Assembly (NCBI GenBank): GCA_027858225.1
Contig: JAQIDB010000202.1
Coordinates: forward strand, 1-47,422
Length of the DNA stretch: 47,422 nucleotides
Source of the DNA: Candidatus Delongbacteria bacterium
Lineage (GTDB): Bacteria; UBA4055
Direction: 5' to 3'
The notes under the pieces are model-generated. The model saw only the letters and a list, made by a program, of their open reading frames with translations. It was not told the DNA's origin and made no database searches. Shown here piece after piece: positions 38,485-46,222 of this stretch; the stretch's first letter is position 1; every line of letters begins with the position of its first letter. A program made the translations under genes and the position numbers.

Positions 38485-38514
38485 CCCGTAGGGGCGTTAT
38501 TTATAACGCCCTTA
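38485..38514 (+). repeat. REP-like element (GTAG plus 20-nt palindrome), left boundary of the RAYT island
   Basis: The sequence is ccc-GTAG-GGGCGTTATttATAACGCCC-tta, 7 nt after the permease stop. Confidence 0.8.
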
Positions 38515-38581
38515 ACCCAAAAAATGCACCAAAAACATACCAAATAATACAACCAATAAAACAATCCCAGTAAATATTTTT

Positions 38582-39199
38582 TCATACATCCCAATTTTTC
38601 GGATTATCAATTATATATTGGCGTATATTGTTTAATTCTTTTTCATTTCGGATAACTCTTTCAAAATAATTTCGTTGCCATATTGTTAATTGGGATTGAT
38701 GGGGATCGGTTTTTGTTAGGTTGTTATTCTGGTTCGTTATTAGGGTGTTATGAATAACACCCCTACGTGTATTTTGACGTATGTTTCGGGTTACGCATGA
38801 TTTGTAACTACGTATAATTATTGATAATGAATTTGATTTCGGTGAAATTTTGGAAAAATAATTACCTGAATCCCGCGATATTGATGTAGGGGCGTTATTT
38901 ATAACGCCCTTATTATCGCCCCCCATTCCATTATCAACCAATATTTCAATTATCCCATGAATATGATCCGGCATAACAATAAATTCATGTAATTGAATAT
39001 CAAAACGATTTTTTAATTCAAACCATTCAAAATTTACAATTTCACCAAAATCATTTAATACCATTTCATTATTAATAATCTTTCCAAATAATCTTTCACT
39101 ATCCTCCGTGCAAATCGTTATGAAATAATAACCTGATAATGAATAATCGAATTTCTTTAATCTTATAGATTGTCTATTATAATTATTTTTCCCCATCAT
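38582..39199 (-). CDS. REP-associated tyrosine transposase (RAYT; IS200/IS605-like Y1 HUH enzyme)
   Basis: The HUH motif is MPDHIHGII and the catalytic Tyr region is IWQRNYFERVIRNEKELNNIRQYIIDNPKNW. It is flanked by, and contains, GTAG-palindrome REPs. It ends in TGA. Confidence 0.8.
   Translation of the reverse strand: MMGKNNYNRQSIRLKKFDYSLSGYYFITICTEDSERLFGKIINNEMVLNDFGEIVNFEWFELKNRFDIQLHEFIVMPDHIHGIIEILVDNGMGGDNKGVINNAPTSISRDSGNYFSKISPKSNSLSIIIRSYKSCVTRNIRQNTRRGVIHNTLITNQNNNLTKTDPHQSQLTIWQRNYFERVIRNEKELNNIRQYIIDNPKNWDV
38742..38767 (-). repeat. REP-like palindrome inside the RAYT ORF (encodes RRGVIHNTL)
   Basis: The minus strand reads c-GTAG-GGGTGTTATtcATAACACCC. Confidence 0.75.
38885..38912 (+). 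repeat. REP-like palindrome inside the RAYT ORF (encodes KGVINNAPT)
   Basis: The plus strand reads t-GTAG-GGGCGTTATttATAACGCCC-tta, identical to the copy at 38488-38514. Confidence 0.8.
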
Positions 39200-39358
39200 T
39201 TACCTCTAGCTTCTTAATTCATATTTCAGAATATAAACAAAGCAAAGTGTCAAATAATGACCTTTTGATGAGGAAATGAAAAATATTTGGTTGTGATATT
39301 ATATTATTATTTAGGATAAATATGTTGGAAAACAAGAATTGTTGAAGGTAATTATCTA

Positions 39359-40264
39359 TTAACCAAATTCTGTTGTAACTTCTCCGATAATGATTTCTTC
39401 ACCACATTCAGCACAATTATGCTTACCTTTAGTTTTATAAAATCCAAATGCACCACAAAATGGACAATAATTATTTGTTACAGATTTTTGTTGGTTTACA
39501 AACAAATCAGATTCAATTTTAAAATACTGTTTCGAAATTTTATTAATAAAAATTTTAAATTCGTCATTGGGATTTTTAGAATGATAATAAGATAATATTT
39601 CGGATAGATTGTTTTCATATTCACTATTAAAGTTATAATTTAAATGAAAAGGATCATCTTTAAATACTATTCGATTAATGGCTATAAATAAATCATAAAC
39701 TACTAAAGAAATAAATAATTCTTCAAAACCAATTTTTAATGGCTGAACATTGAGATTAAATAGTTTTGTTTTGTATTTTCGAATATCTACGTGGCTATTG
39801 AATTTCTTATCACCACCTAATACTTTCGTTTGATCATAACTCAAATCGTTCCATAATCCATCATGCTCAAGTTCAATATCATATATATGGTTATGCATTA
39901 AGGTATCTCTTAAAATAAATATTTCTGCAAGAATCGAAGGTATTTTAGTTGTATTAAATTTCTTATCTCTCAACGCAATCATTTTTAAATATTTTTGTAG
40001 TGAACTCATTTTATGCAATTTATTCTCAACTATCAATTCTTTGTTATGATGAAATAGTCTACTCATATAACTTTCAATCGAGGCAACTGTTAAAATTATT
40101 CCGCTATTAGAATATGTGTTTTCTAAATGCCCTATTTGAAAGAAATCCTTCCTTGGGAATTTATTTTTTTTATAATCCCCAAATGATTTACTTAACAAAT
40201 CTAAAACCACTAAATTAATGTACTCACCACCCACCACTGAAATTAATTTCTGCTTATTTCTCAT
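39359..40264 (-). CDS. Hypothetical protein with a C-terminal zinc ribbon; possibly a HEPN-like (Rx4H) nuclease domain
   Basis: The C-terminus is CPFC-x14-CAEC. The central motif ILRDTLMHNH fits R-x4-H. It is predicted to be largely helical. I recognised no other family. Confidence 0.3.
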   Translation of the reverse strand: MRNKQKLISVVGGEYINLVVLDLLSKSFGDYKKNKFPRKDFFQIGHLENTYSNSGIILTVASIESYMSRLFHHNKELIVENKLHKMSSLQKYLKMIALRDKKFNTTKIPSILAEIFILRDTLMHNHIYDIELEHDGLWNDLSYDQTKVLGGDKKFNSHVDIRKYKTKLFNLNVQPLKIGFEELFISLVVYDLFIAINRIVFKDDPFHLNYNFNSEYENNLSEILSYYHSKNPNDEFKIFINKISKQYFKIESDLFVNQQKSVTNNYCPFCGAFGFYKTKGKHNCAECGEEIIIGEVTTEFG

Positions 40265-40338
40265 AATTTTCCTCTATATACATTACATATAATATATCCC
40301 TAATTAAATATTTTGTAAAACAATTATTCAAATAAATT

Positions 40339-40364
40339 GGGGCGTAATAAATTACGCCCCTACA
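40339..40364 (-). repeat. REP-like element, right boundary of the RAYT island (inverted relative to 38485)
   Basis: The minus strand reads t-GTAG-GGGCGTAATttATTACGCCCC. Confidence 0.75.
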
Positions 40365-40490
40365 TTTCGTGTCCTTTCGTGTTTTTCGTGGTTAAATCTT
40401 TTTTTCTAAAAATTTTCTTAGGTAATCCCTATAATCATCTTTAAATTATTATACTCAAACTTAAATAATTATTATAAAAAGGAGAAAATC

Positions 40491-41471
40491 ATGTCTGAAA
40501 TTAGTTTTAAAGAGATTGGTCTTTCCAACACAAAAGAAATGTTCAAAAGAGCAATGGAAGGTAAATATGCCGTTCCTGCTTACAATTTCAACAACCTTGA
40601 GCAACTTCAAGCTATCATCTACGGTTGTATCGAATCAAAATCACCTGTGATTGTTCAGGTATCTAAGGGTGCTAGGAATTATGCTAACTCAACTTTATTG
40701 CGTTACATGGCAATGGGTGCAGCTGATATGGCTAAGAACGAACTTGGATCGAACATTCCGATCTGTTTACACTTGGATCATGGCGATTCATTTGAACTTT
40801 GTAAAGACTGTATCGACAATGGATTTTCTTCTGTGATGATCGACGGTTCAAGCCTTTCCTATGAGGAAAATATTGCTTTGACTAAAAAAGTTGTAGAATA
40901 TGCCCATCCTAGAGATGTAACTGTTGAAGGTGAACTTGGAGTTCTTGCAGGTATCGAAGATGAAGTTTCTCATGAAGTAAGCAGCTATACAAAACCAGAA
41001 GAAGTTGTAGATTTTGTAACTAAGACTGGTGTTGACAGTCTTGCGATTTCTATTGGAACTTCTCACGGTGCTTATAAATTCGTGTTAGGTCCCGGTGAGT
41101 CAGTACCACCTCTAAAATTTGACATATTACAAGAGATCGAGAAACAAATTCCTGGATTCCCAATTGTACTACATGGATCATCATCAGTACTTCCAAAGTA
41201 TGTTGATATCATCAATCAGTATGGTGGAGATATGGGAAAAGCAGTTGGTGTTCCTGAAGAACAACTAAGAAAAGCAGCAACATCAGCTGTTTGTAAAATC
41301 AATATTGATACTGACGGAAGAATGGTTATGACTGCAATGGTTAGAAAAGTTCTTAGCGAAAAACCTGGTGAATTCGATCCAAGAAAATATCTTGGTCCTG
41401 CAAGAGATGAATTAAAGGAAATGATCAAGGATAAGAATCGTAACGTATTGGGTTCTGCGGACCGTTACTAA
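40491..41471 (+). CDS. fba: Class II fructose-bisphosphate aldolase
   Basis: The motifs are VPAYNFNNLEQ, LHLDHG, SVMIDGS, EGELG, TSHGAYKF and LHGSSS. Confidence 0.92.
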   Translation: MSEISFKEIGLSNTKEMFKRAMEGKYAVPAYNFNNLEQLQAIIYGCIESKSPVIVQVSKGARNYANSTLLRYMAMGAADMAKNELGSNIPICLHLDHGDSFELCKDCIDNGFSSVMIDGSSLSYEENIALTKKVVEYAHPRDVTVEGELGVLAGIEDEVSHEVSSYTKPEEVVDFVTKTGVDSLAISIGTSHGAYKFVLGPGESVPPLKFDILQEIEKQIPGFPIVLHGSSSVLPKYVDIINQYGGDMGKAVGVPEEQLRKAATSAVCKINIDTDGRMVMTAMVRKVLSEKPGEFDPRKYLGPARDELKEMIKDKNRNVLGSADRY

Positions 41472-41501
41472 TTGACAATGGACAATTTACAATTGATAAT
41501 T

Positions 41502-41527
41502 GGGCGTTTTTTAACGCCCTTTTTTTA
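41502..41527 (+). terminator. Rho-independent terminator after fba (a degenerate REP-like palindrome)
   Basis: The sequence is GGGCGTTttttAACGCCC followed by TTTTTTTA. Confidence 0.75.
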
Positions 41528-41530
41528 TAT

Positions 41531-41613
41531 CTGTCATTGCGAGGAATAAAATGACGAAGCAATCTTCTTTAAAATCGTTTTAGATTGCCACACACATTGT
41601 GTTCGCAATGACC
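41531..41613. repeat. Family-2 element doublet (reverse-type 41531-41565 plus forward-type 41582-41613)
   Basis: The doublet reads ctgtcattgcgaggaataaaatgacgaagcaatct ... agattgccac-ACACAttGTGT-tcgcaatgacc. The two arms are inverted with respect to each other. Confidence 0.8.
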
Positions 41614-41736
41614 TGTATGTATCTCCGTGATCTCTGTGGCTTTGTGAGAGATTAATCTTTTATATTTTTTTCATTGTTAATTATACATTGTAAATTGTAA
41701 ATTTCTTTTATGTGTAATCAAACCTGAGGTTTCATC

Positions 41737-44700
41737 ATGTACGAGAAACAATACACTGAAAGAATTAAGCAATTCATGGATAGACTTGCTAAATTAAAAT
41801 ACAATGATCCTGCACCTTTGGCAGCTGAATATATTTATCATAAAGATACTCCGATTGCTTATGAAAAAGCTCTGAAAGCAAAATATAAACCTATCAAAGT
41901 GGGAAACAAATGGGGTGATCTCTGGGGTTGTGCTTGGTTTAAATTCACAGGAAAAATCCCTGATGATTTTGCTGGAAAAGAAGTTGGTGTTCTCATCAAT
42001 CTTGATGGTGAAGGCTGTGTATTTAAAAATGGTGTTCCCGAGCAGGGATTAACGAACAGAAACGCATGGTATATTAATTCAGGTAAATACTTCTACCCTA
42101 TTTCACAAAAGGCAAAGAAAGGTCAAAAGATAGATCTCTTTGTTGAAGCAGGTGCGAATGGTCTATTCGGTTCATCTGAAGATAATATTTTCAAACTTAA
42201 ACAAGCTGAGATTGTCACAGTTGACAGGAAGGTCTATGATCTTGAAAATGATATGATCGTTCTTTTCGAACTGATGAAAAAGTTACCTGAGAATACTCCA
42301 AGAAAGAAAAAGTTACTTAAAAGCTTGAATGATATTACAAATATCTGGTCAAATGGAGAAGGTATTGATGAAGCATTGAAGATCACTAAGAAATTACTTT
42401 CAAATAAAGCTAACAGTTCTGCTATGACAGTTTATTCTATCGGGCATGCTCATATTGATCTAGCCTGGTTATGGCCTGTGAGAGAATCACGAAGAAAAGC
42501 AGGAAGAACTTTCTCAACAGCTTTAAAATTAATGAATGAATATCCCGAATATCTTTTCGGTTCATCACAACCTCAGATGTATGAGTGGGTAAAAGAAGAT
42601 TATCCAGAACTTTATAAGAAGATCAAAAAAGCAGTGAAAGATAAAAAATGGGAAGTTCAGGGTGCAATGTGGGCTGAACCGGATATGAATATTCCTTCGG
42701 GAGAATCTCTGGTAAGGCAATGTCTTTATGGGAAAAAGTTCTTTCAGGATGAATTTGGTATTGATGTAAGGAATCTCTGGTTGCCGGATGTATTCGGTTA
42801 CTCTGCAGCTCTTCCTCAGATACTCAGAAAATCTGGTGTTGATGTTTTCATGACTCAGAAAATATCCTGGAATGAAACTAATAAATTCCCACATCATACT
42901 TTCTACTGGACAGGTATCGATGGAACTGATATTTTAACACATTTTTTGCCTACGAATAATTACAATTTATCAAATATGCCTGCTGAAATGATAGACAGTG
43001 AAGAAAGATTTGCACAGTCTGATGTTTCTGATGAGTTTTTAAACTTGTACGGAATCGGAGATGGTGGCGGTGGACCTTCAAGAATCCACATTGAACTAGG
43101 AAAAAGACAGCAAAATCTGGAAGGAGTTCCAAAGTTTAAATTTTCATTTGCAGAGGATTTCTTTAAGAAGATCGCAAAGATTCCTAAGGAAGATCTACCA
43201 AGCTGGTCAGGTGAACTCTACCTTGAACTTCATAGAGGAACTTATACTACACAGGGTAAGATAAAGAAATATAACAGAGATATGGAAATCGCACTCCATG
43301 ACCTTGAATTTCTTGGTACAATGATAAAGAAATATCCAAAGGAAGCTGTTGATCAAATCTGGAAAGATACTCTTTTAAATCAGTTCCATGATATTCTTCC
43401 CGGTTCTTCAATAGAATTGGTTTACAAAGATGCTCATGAATTATCAGAGAAAAACTTTGGATTACTTGAGCAGATATTCGAAAAATTCTTTTCAGAATTA
43501 TTCGATATTAGATATGATGACAATCTAATTGGAAACTATATGGCTTTTAATGCTCTTAGCTGGGATAAAGAAGAACTTATCAAGTATCCACTCGATGGTG
43601 AAGGAAATTATGCTATCACTGACAGCAACGGAAAGAATATACCTTGGATAATTAACCACGGTCATATTGAATTCTATATTAATATTCCTTCTATGGGATA
43701 TACAACTTTCACAATTGAAGAAGCTAAAAAAGTATCTAGGCAGAATAAGATAGGTAAAGCTACTCTGACTATCACTGAAAGTGGTATTGAACTTGAAAAT
43801 AAACTTATCAAAGTTACTGTTGATGAATCCGGTATCATTTCATCCATCTTTGATAAAGAAAAAGATTTCGAGATGGTTAAATTTGCAAATAAACTTCTTA
43901 TCTGGGAAGATCTGCCTATCAACTGGGAAGCTTGGGATATAAATCACTATTACAAGGAAACTAAGCCGGAACAAGCTCAAAGAAGCAGTATTTCTATCAT
44001 AGGCGACTGTGGACATCAGGTCGGTATAGAGCAGATACTTACGATTGGCAATTCAACTGTAATTCAAAGTATTACCATTGAATCAAATTCAAAAGAGATC
44101 TGGATAGATAATGAAATTGACTGGAATGAGGAAAAGAAATTCCTAAAAGTTCATGCTGATACGAATATTCACTCAGACTTTGCAAACTATGAGATTCAAT
44201 TCGGTAAGCTGAAACGACCAACTCATTTCAACACATCATGGGATGCAGCAAGATTCGAAGTTCCTGCTCAGAGATTTGCAGACCTGTCACAACCTGATAT
44301 GGGTATCGCAATACTAAATGATTGTAAGTATGGACATATCATCAATGGAACGAATATTGAACTTTCTCTACTGAGAAGTACAAAGATGCCTGATGAAAAA
44401 GCAGATATTGGTATTCATAGTTTCACTTATTCATATTATCCACATGCTAATGATCTTGAACATTCAGATGTACTTAAGAAAGCTCATGAATTGAACGATC
44501 CAAATATTGTTATACCAATTTCTAAACTTCCTAAAGTAAAAGAGAGATCATTGTATAACATTGATTCTAAAAGTGTAAAGATCGACTCTGTGAAAAGAAG
44601 TGAGGATGGAAAAGGTATTATCGTTAGACTTTATGAAACAATGGGTATGAATGATAATACAGTTTTAAGCTTTGATAAAAAGTATGATGTTGTTGAAACA

Positions 44701-44799
44701 AATTTGATCGAAGAAAAGATTAAAGATCTTAAGAAGAAATGTGATTCCATTGAACTGAAATTCACACCGTTTGAAATAAAAACGATTTATTTGGGGTAA
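41737..44799 (+). CDS. GH38-family alpha-mannosidase
   Basis: The N-terminal catalytic signature is GHAHIDLAWLWP, followed by WAEPDMN, LPDVFGY, ELHRGTYT and QFHDILPGS. The length is 1020 aa. Confidence 0.9.
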   Translation: MYEKQYTERIKQFMDRLAKLKYNDPAPLAAEYIYHKDTPIAYEKALKAKYKPIKVGNKWGDLWGCAWFKFTGKIPDDFAGKEVGVLINLDGEGCVFKNGVPEQGLTNRNAWYINSGKYFYPISQKAKKGQKIDLFVEAGANGLFGSSEDNIFKLKQAEIVTVDRKVYDLENDMIVLFELMKKLPENTPRKKKLLKSLNDITNIWSNGEGIDEALKITKKLLSNKANSSAMTVYSIGHAHIDLAWLWPVRESRRKAGRTFSTALKLMNEYPEYLFGSSQPQMYEWVKEDYPELYKKIKKAVKDKKWEVQGAMWAEPDMNIPSGESLVRQCLYGKKFFQDEFGIDVRNLWLPDVFGYSAALPQILRKSGVDVFMTQKISWNETNKFPHHTFYWTGIDGTDILTHFLPTNNYNLSNMPAEMIDSEERFAQSDVSDEFLNLYGIGDGGGGPSRIHIELGKRQQNLEGVPKFKFSFAEDFFKKIAKIPKEDLPSWSGELYLELHRGTYTTQGKIKKYNRDMEIALHDLEFLGTMIKKYPKEAVDQIWKDTLLNQFHDILPGSSIELVYKDAHELSEKNFGLLEQIFEKFFSELFDIRYDDNLIGNYMAFNALSWDKEELIKYPLDGEGNYAITDSNGKNIPWIINHGHIEFYINIPSMGYTTFTIEEAKKVSRQNKIGKATLTITESGIELENKLIKVTVDESGIISSIFDKEKDFEMVKFANKLLIWEDLPINWEAWDINHYYKETKPEQAQRSSISIIGDCGHQVGIEQILTIGNSTVIQSITIESNSKEIWIDNEIDWNEEKKFLKVHADTNIHSDFANYEIQFGKLKRPTHFNTSWDAARFEVPAQRFADLSQPDMGIAILNDCKYGHIINGTNIELSLLRSTKMPDEKADIGIHSFTYSYYPHANDLEHSDVLKKAHELNDPNIVIPISKLPKVKERSLYNIDSKSVKIDSVKRSEDGKGIIVRLYETMGMNDNTVLSFDKKYDVVETNLIEEKIKDLKKKCDSIELKFTPFEIKTIYLG

Positions 44800-44814
44800 T
44801 TTATAATTCGATGT

Positions 44815-44836
44815 GGGAAGGCGTGGAAGCCTTCCC
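44815..44836. repeat. Hairpin GGGAAGGC-gtggaa-GCCTTCCC between convergent genes; a partial copy lies at 47287-47301
   Basis: It has a perfect 8-bp stem and no T-run. The motif cgatgtgggaaggcgt recurs near 47285. Confidence 0.6.
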
Positions 44837-44843
44837 GTACGGA

Positions 44844-45371
44844 TTACGATTCTAATTCGACGCCTAAACCATTGGCAATTCGATTTACAAAATTAAAATA
44901 TGCTACGATCGTACACATGTCGTGAATTGCAAGATCATCAAAACCGGCATCTTTCAACTGCTCAATGATCTCAACCGTAACCTCCGAAGATCTCACAGTT
45001 AATATTAACGCATAATCCAGCATCAACTTATCTGCCTCACTGAATAATAATGAATTGCTGTGATCTACAAGCTCAAAAATAAATTTATCTGCTTTCTCTT
45101 CATCCATTTCCTTAAGTAATTCTCTACGAAGACCCGCTTCGTGATGAGTCACTCAATATAAGCATTCATTTACTTGAGAAACTACCACTGCCATCATTTC
45201 TCTCTGTATCCTAGATAACGGACTTCGTTTCCTCATCAACTCGATATACATTTCATAATGCTGCTTCATTACCTTTGAATGAATACCGTGTATCTGAATA
45301 ATATTATCTTCATCTTTGATCCTGTTAGCTTCAGGTATTTCGTCCTGAGGTAAATATTTTATAAATGCCAT
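44844..45371 (-). CDS. AhpD/carboxymuconolactone-decarboxylase-like (peroxidase-related) selenoprotein candidate, C-L-Y-U motif
   Basis: Track ORFs 45153-45371 and 44844-45152 are contiguous in one frame, separated only by TGA (45155-45153). Read-through gives VVVSQVNECLY-U-VTHHEAGLR. This matches the CMD-family N-x-C-x-Y-C-x-x-x-H redox motif with the second Cys replaced by UGA. Confidence 0.75.
45122..45148 (-). promoter_or_regulatory. SECIS-like hairpin downstream of UGA 45155-45153
   Basis: The minus strand reads CUC-auc-ACGAAG-CGGGU-CUUCGU-a-GAG. The 6-bp upper stem starts 11 nt after the UGA and has a G-rich loop. Confidence 0.5.
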
Positions 45372-45436
45372 TACTTCTCCATATTTTCTTTAAAAGTAAT
45401 CATTTGAATAAAGAATTTCCATTTAATTATTTAAAA

Positions 45437-45605
45437 GTCCCGTAGGGACGAATTATAACTAACACGGTACTTTAGTGCCGTGCTCAAGAATGCCCCTCCT
45501 GCCTCTTCCGGTTGAACACTTAGTGTTCAACCTTTGTGTTCTGTAGTTGGTTTTGGACACGGGGCTGAAACCCCGTGTTAGTATTAAGCAATACCTACGG
45601 TATTG
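45437..45605. repeat. Cluster of five different short perfect or near-perfect palindromes
   Basis: The five are GTCCCgtaGGGAC, CACGGtactttagtgCCGTG, GGTTGAACACttaGTGTTCAACC, ACACGGGGctgaaaCCCCGTGT and CAATACCtacGGTATTG. Confidence 0.8.
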
Positions 45606-45688
45606 TATTGAAATTATACAAAATTAATTTGACTTACCTTCCCTCTCTTCCCATCTTCCTTTAAATTAATCTTTAGAGAGCGTATCCT

Positions 45689-46222
45689 ATGAAAATATTA
45701 AATAAAGAAAATGTTTACTCTGGAAAATACTCTGATATGAACATTACTCACTTTGAGGATAAGTTCGGAAATAAGAAAGCTTGGGAGTTCCTGGAAAGAG
45801 CAAATGATACCGAAGCTGTAGTAATAAATGCTTTTCATAAAGATAAAGTTATACTCGTAAAACAATTCAGATTTCCTATAGATATGTTTTCAATAGAATT
45901 TCCTGCAGGTTTGATCGACAAAGGAGAGACTCCTGAAAGTACGGCGGTCAGAGAATTACTTGAAGAGACTGGTTATGAAGGAAAAGTAACATCCATCTCC
46001 CCTCCTCTATGCACATCAGCAGGTATCACCGGAGAATTTATTTATTTAGTTGATATGGAGATTATTTCTGAAAAAGGACAACAGATCCTTGATGAAACTG
46101 AAGAAATTGAAGTTCTTGAATTTGATAAAAATGATTTAAAAAATCAACTTTTGGAATATATAAAAGAACATCCTGATACATCTATTGACAGTAAAGTCTG
46201 GGCTACTTATTTCGAAAAATAA
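45689..46222 (+). CDS. NUDIX hydrolase (ADP-ribose pyrophosphatase-like)
   Basis: The Nudix box is GLIDKGETPESTAVRELLEETGY. Confidence 0.85.
   Translation: MKILNKENVYSGKYSDMNITHFEDKFGNKKAWEFLERANDTEAVVINAFHKDKVILVKQFRFPIDMFSIEFPAGLIDKGETPESTAVRELLEETGYEGKVTSISPPLCTSAGITGEFIYLVDMEIISEKGQQILDETEEIEVLEFDKNDLKNQLLEYIKEHPDTSIDSKVWATYFEK

Noticed and set aside
38122-38594. Minus-strand ORFs 38122-38436 and 38355-38594
   Set aside because: The first is antisense to the permease core. The second merely reads through the REP palindrome (VKGVINNAPT) in the intergenic gap.
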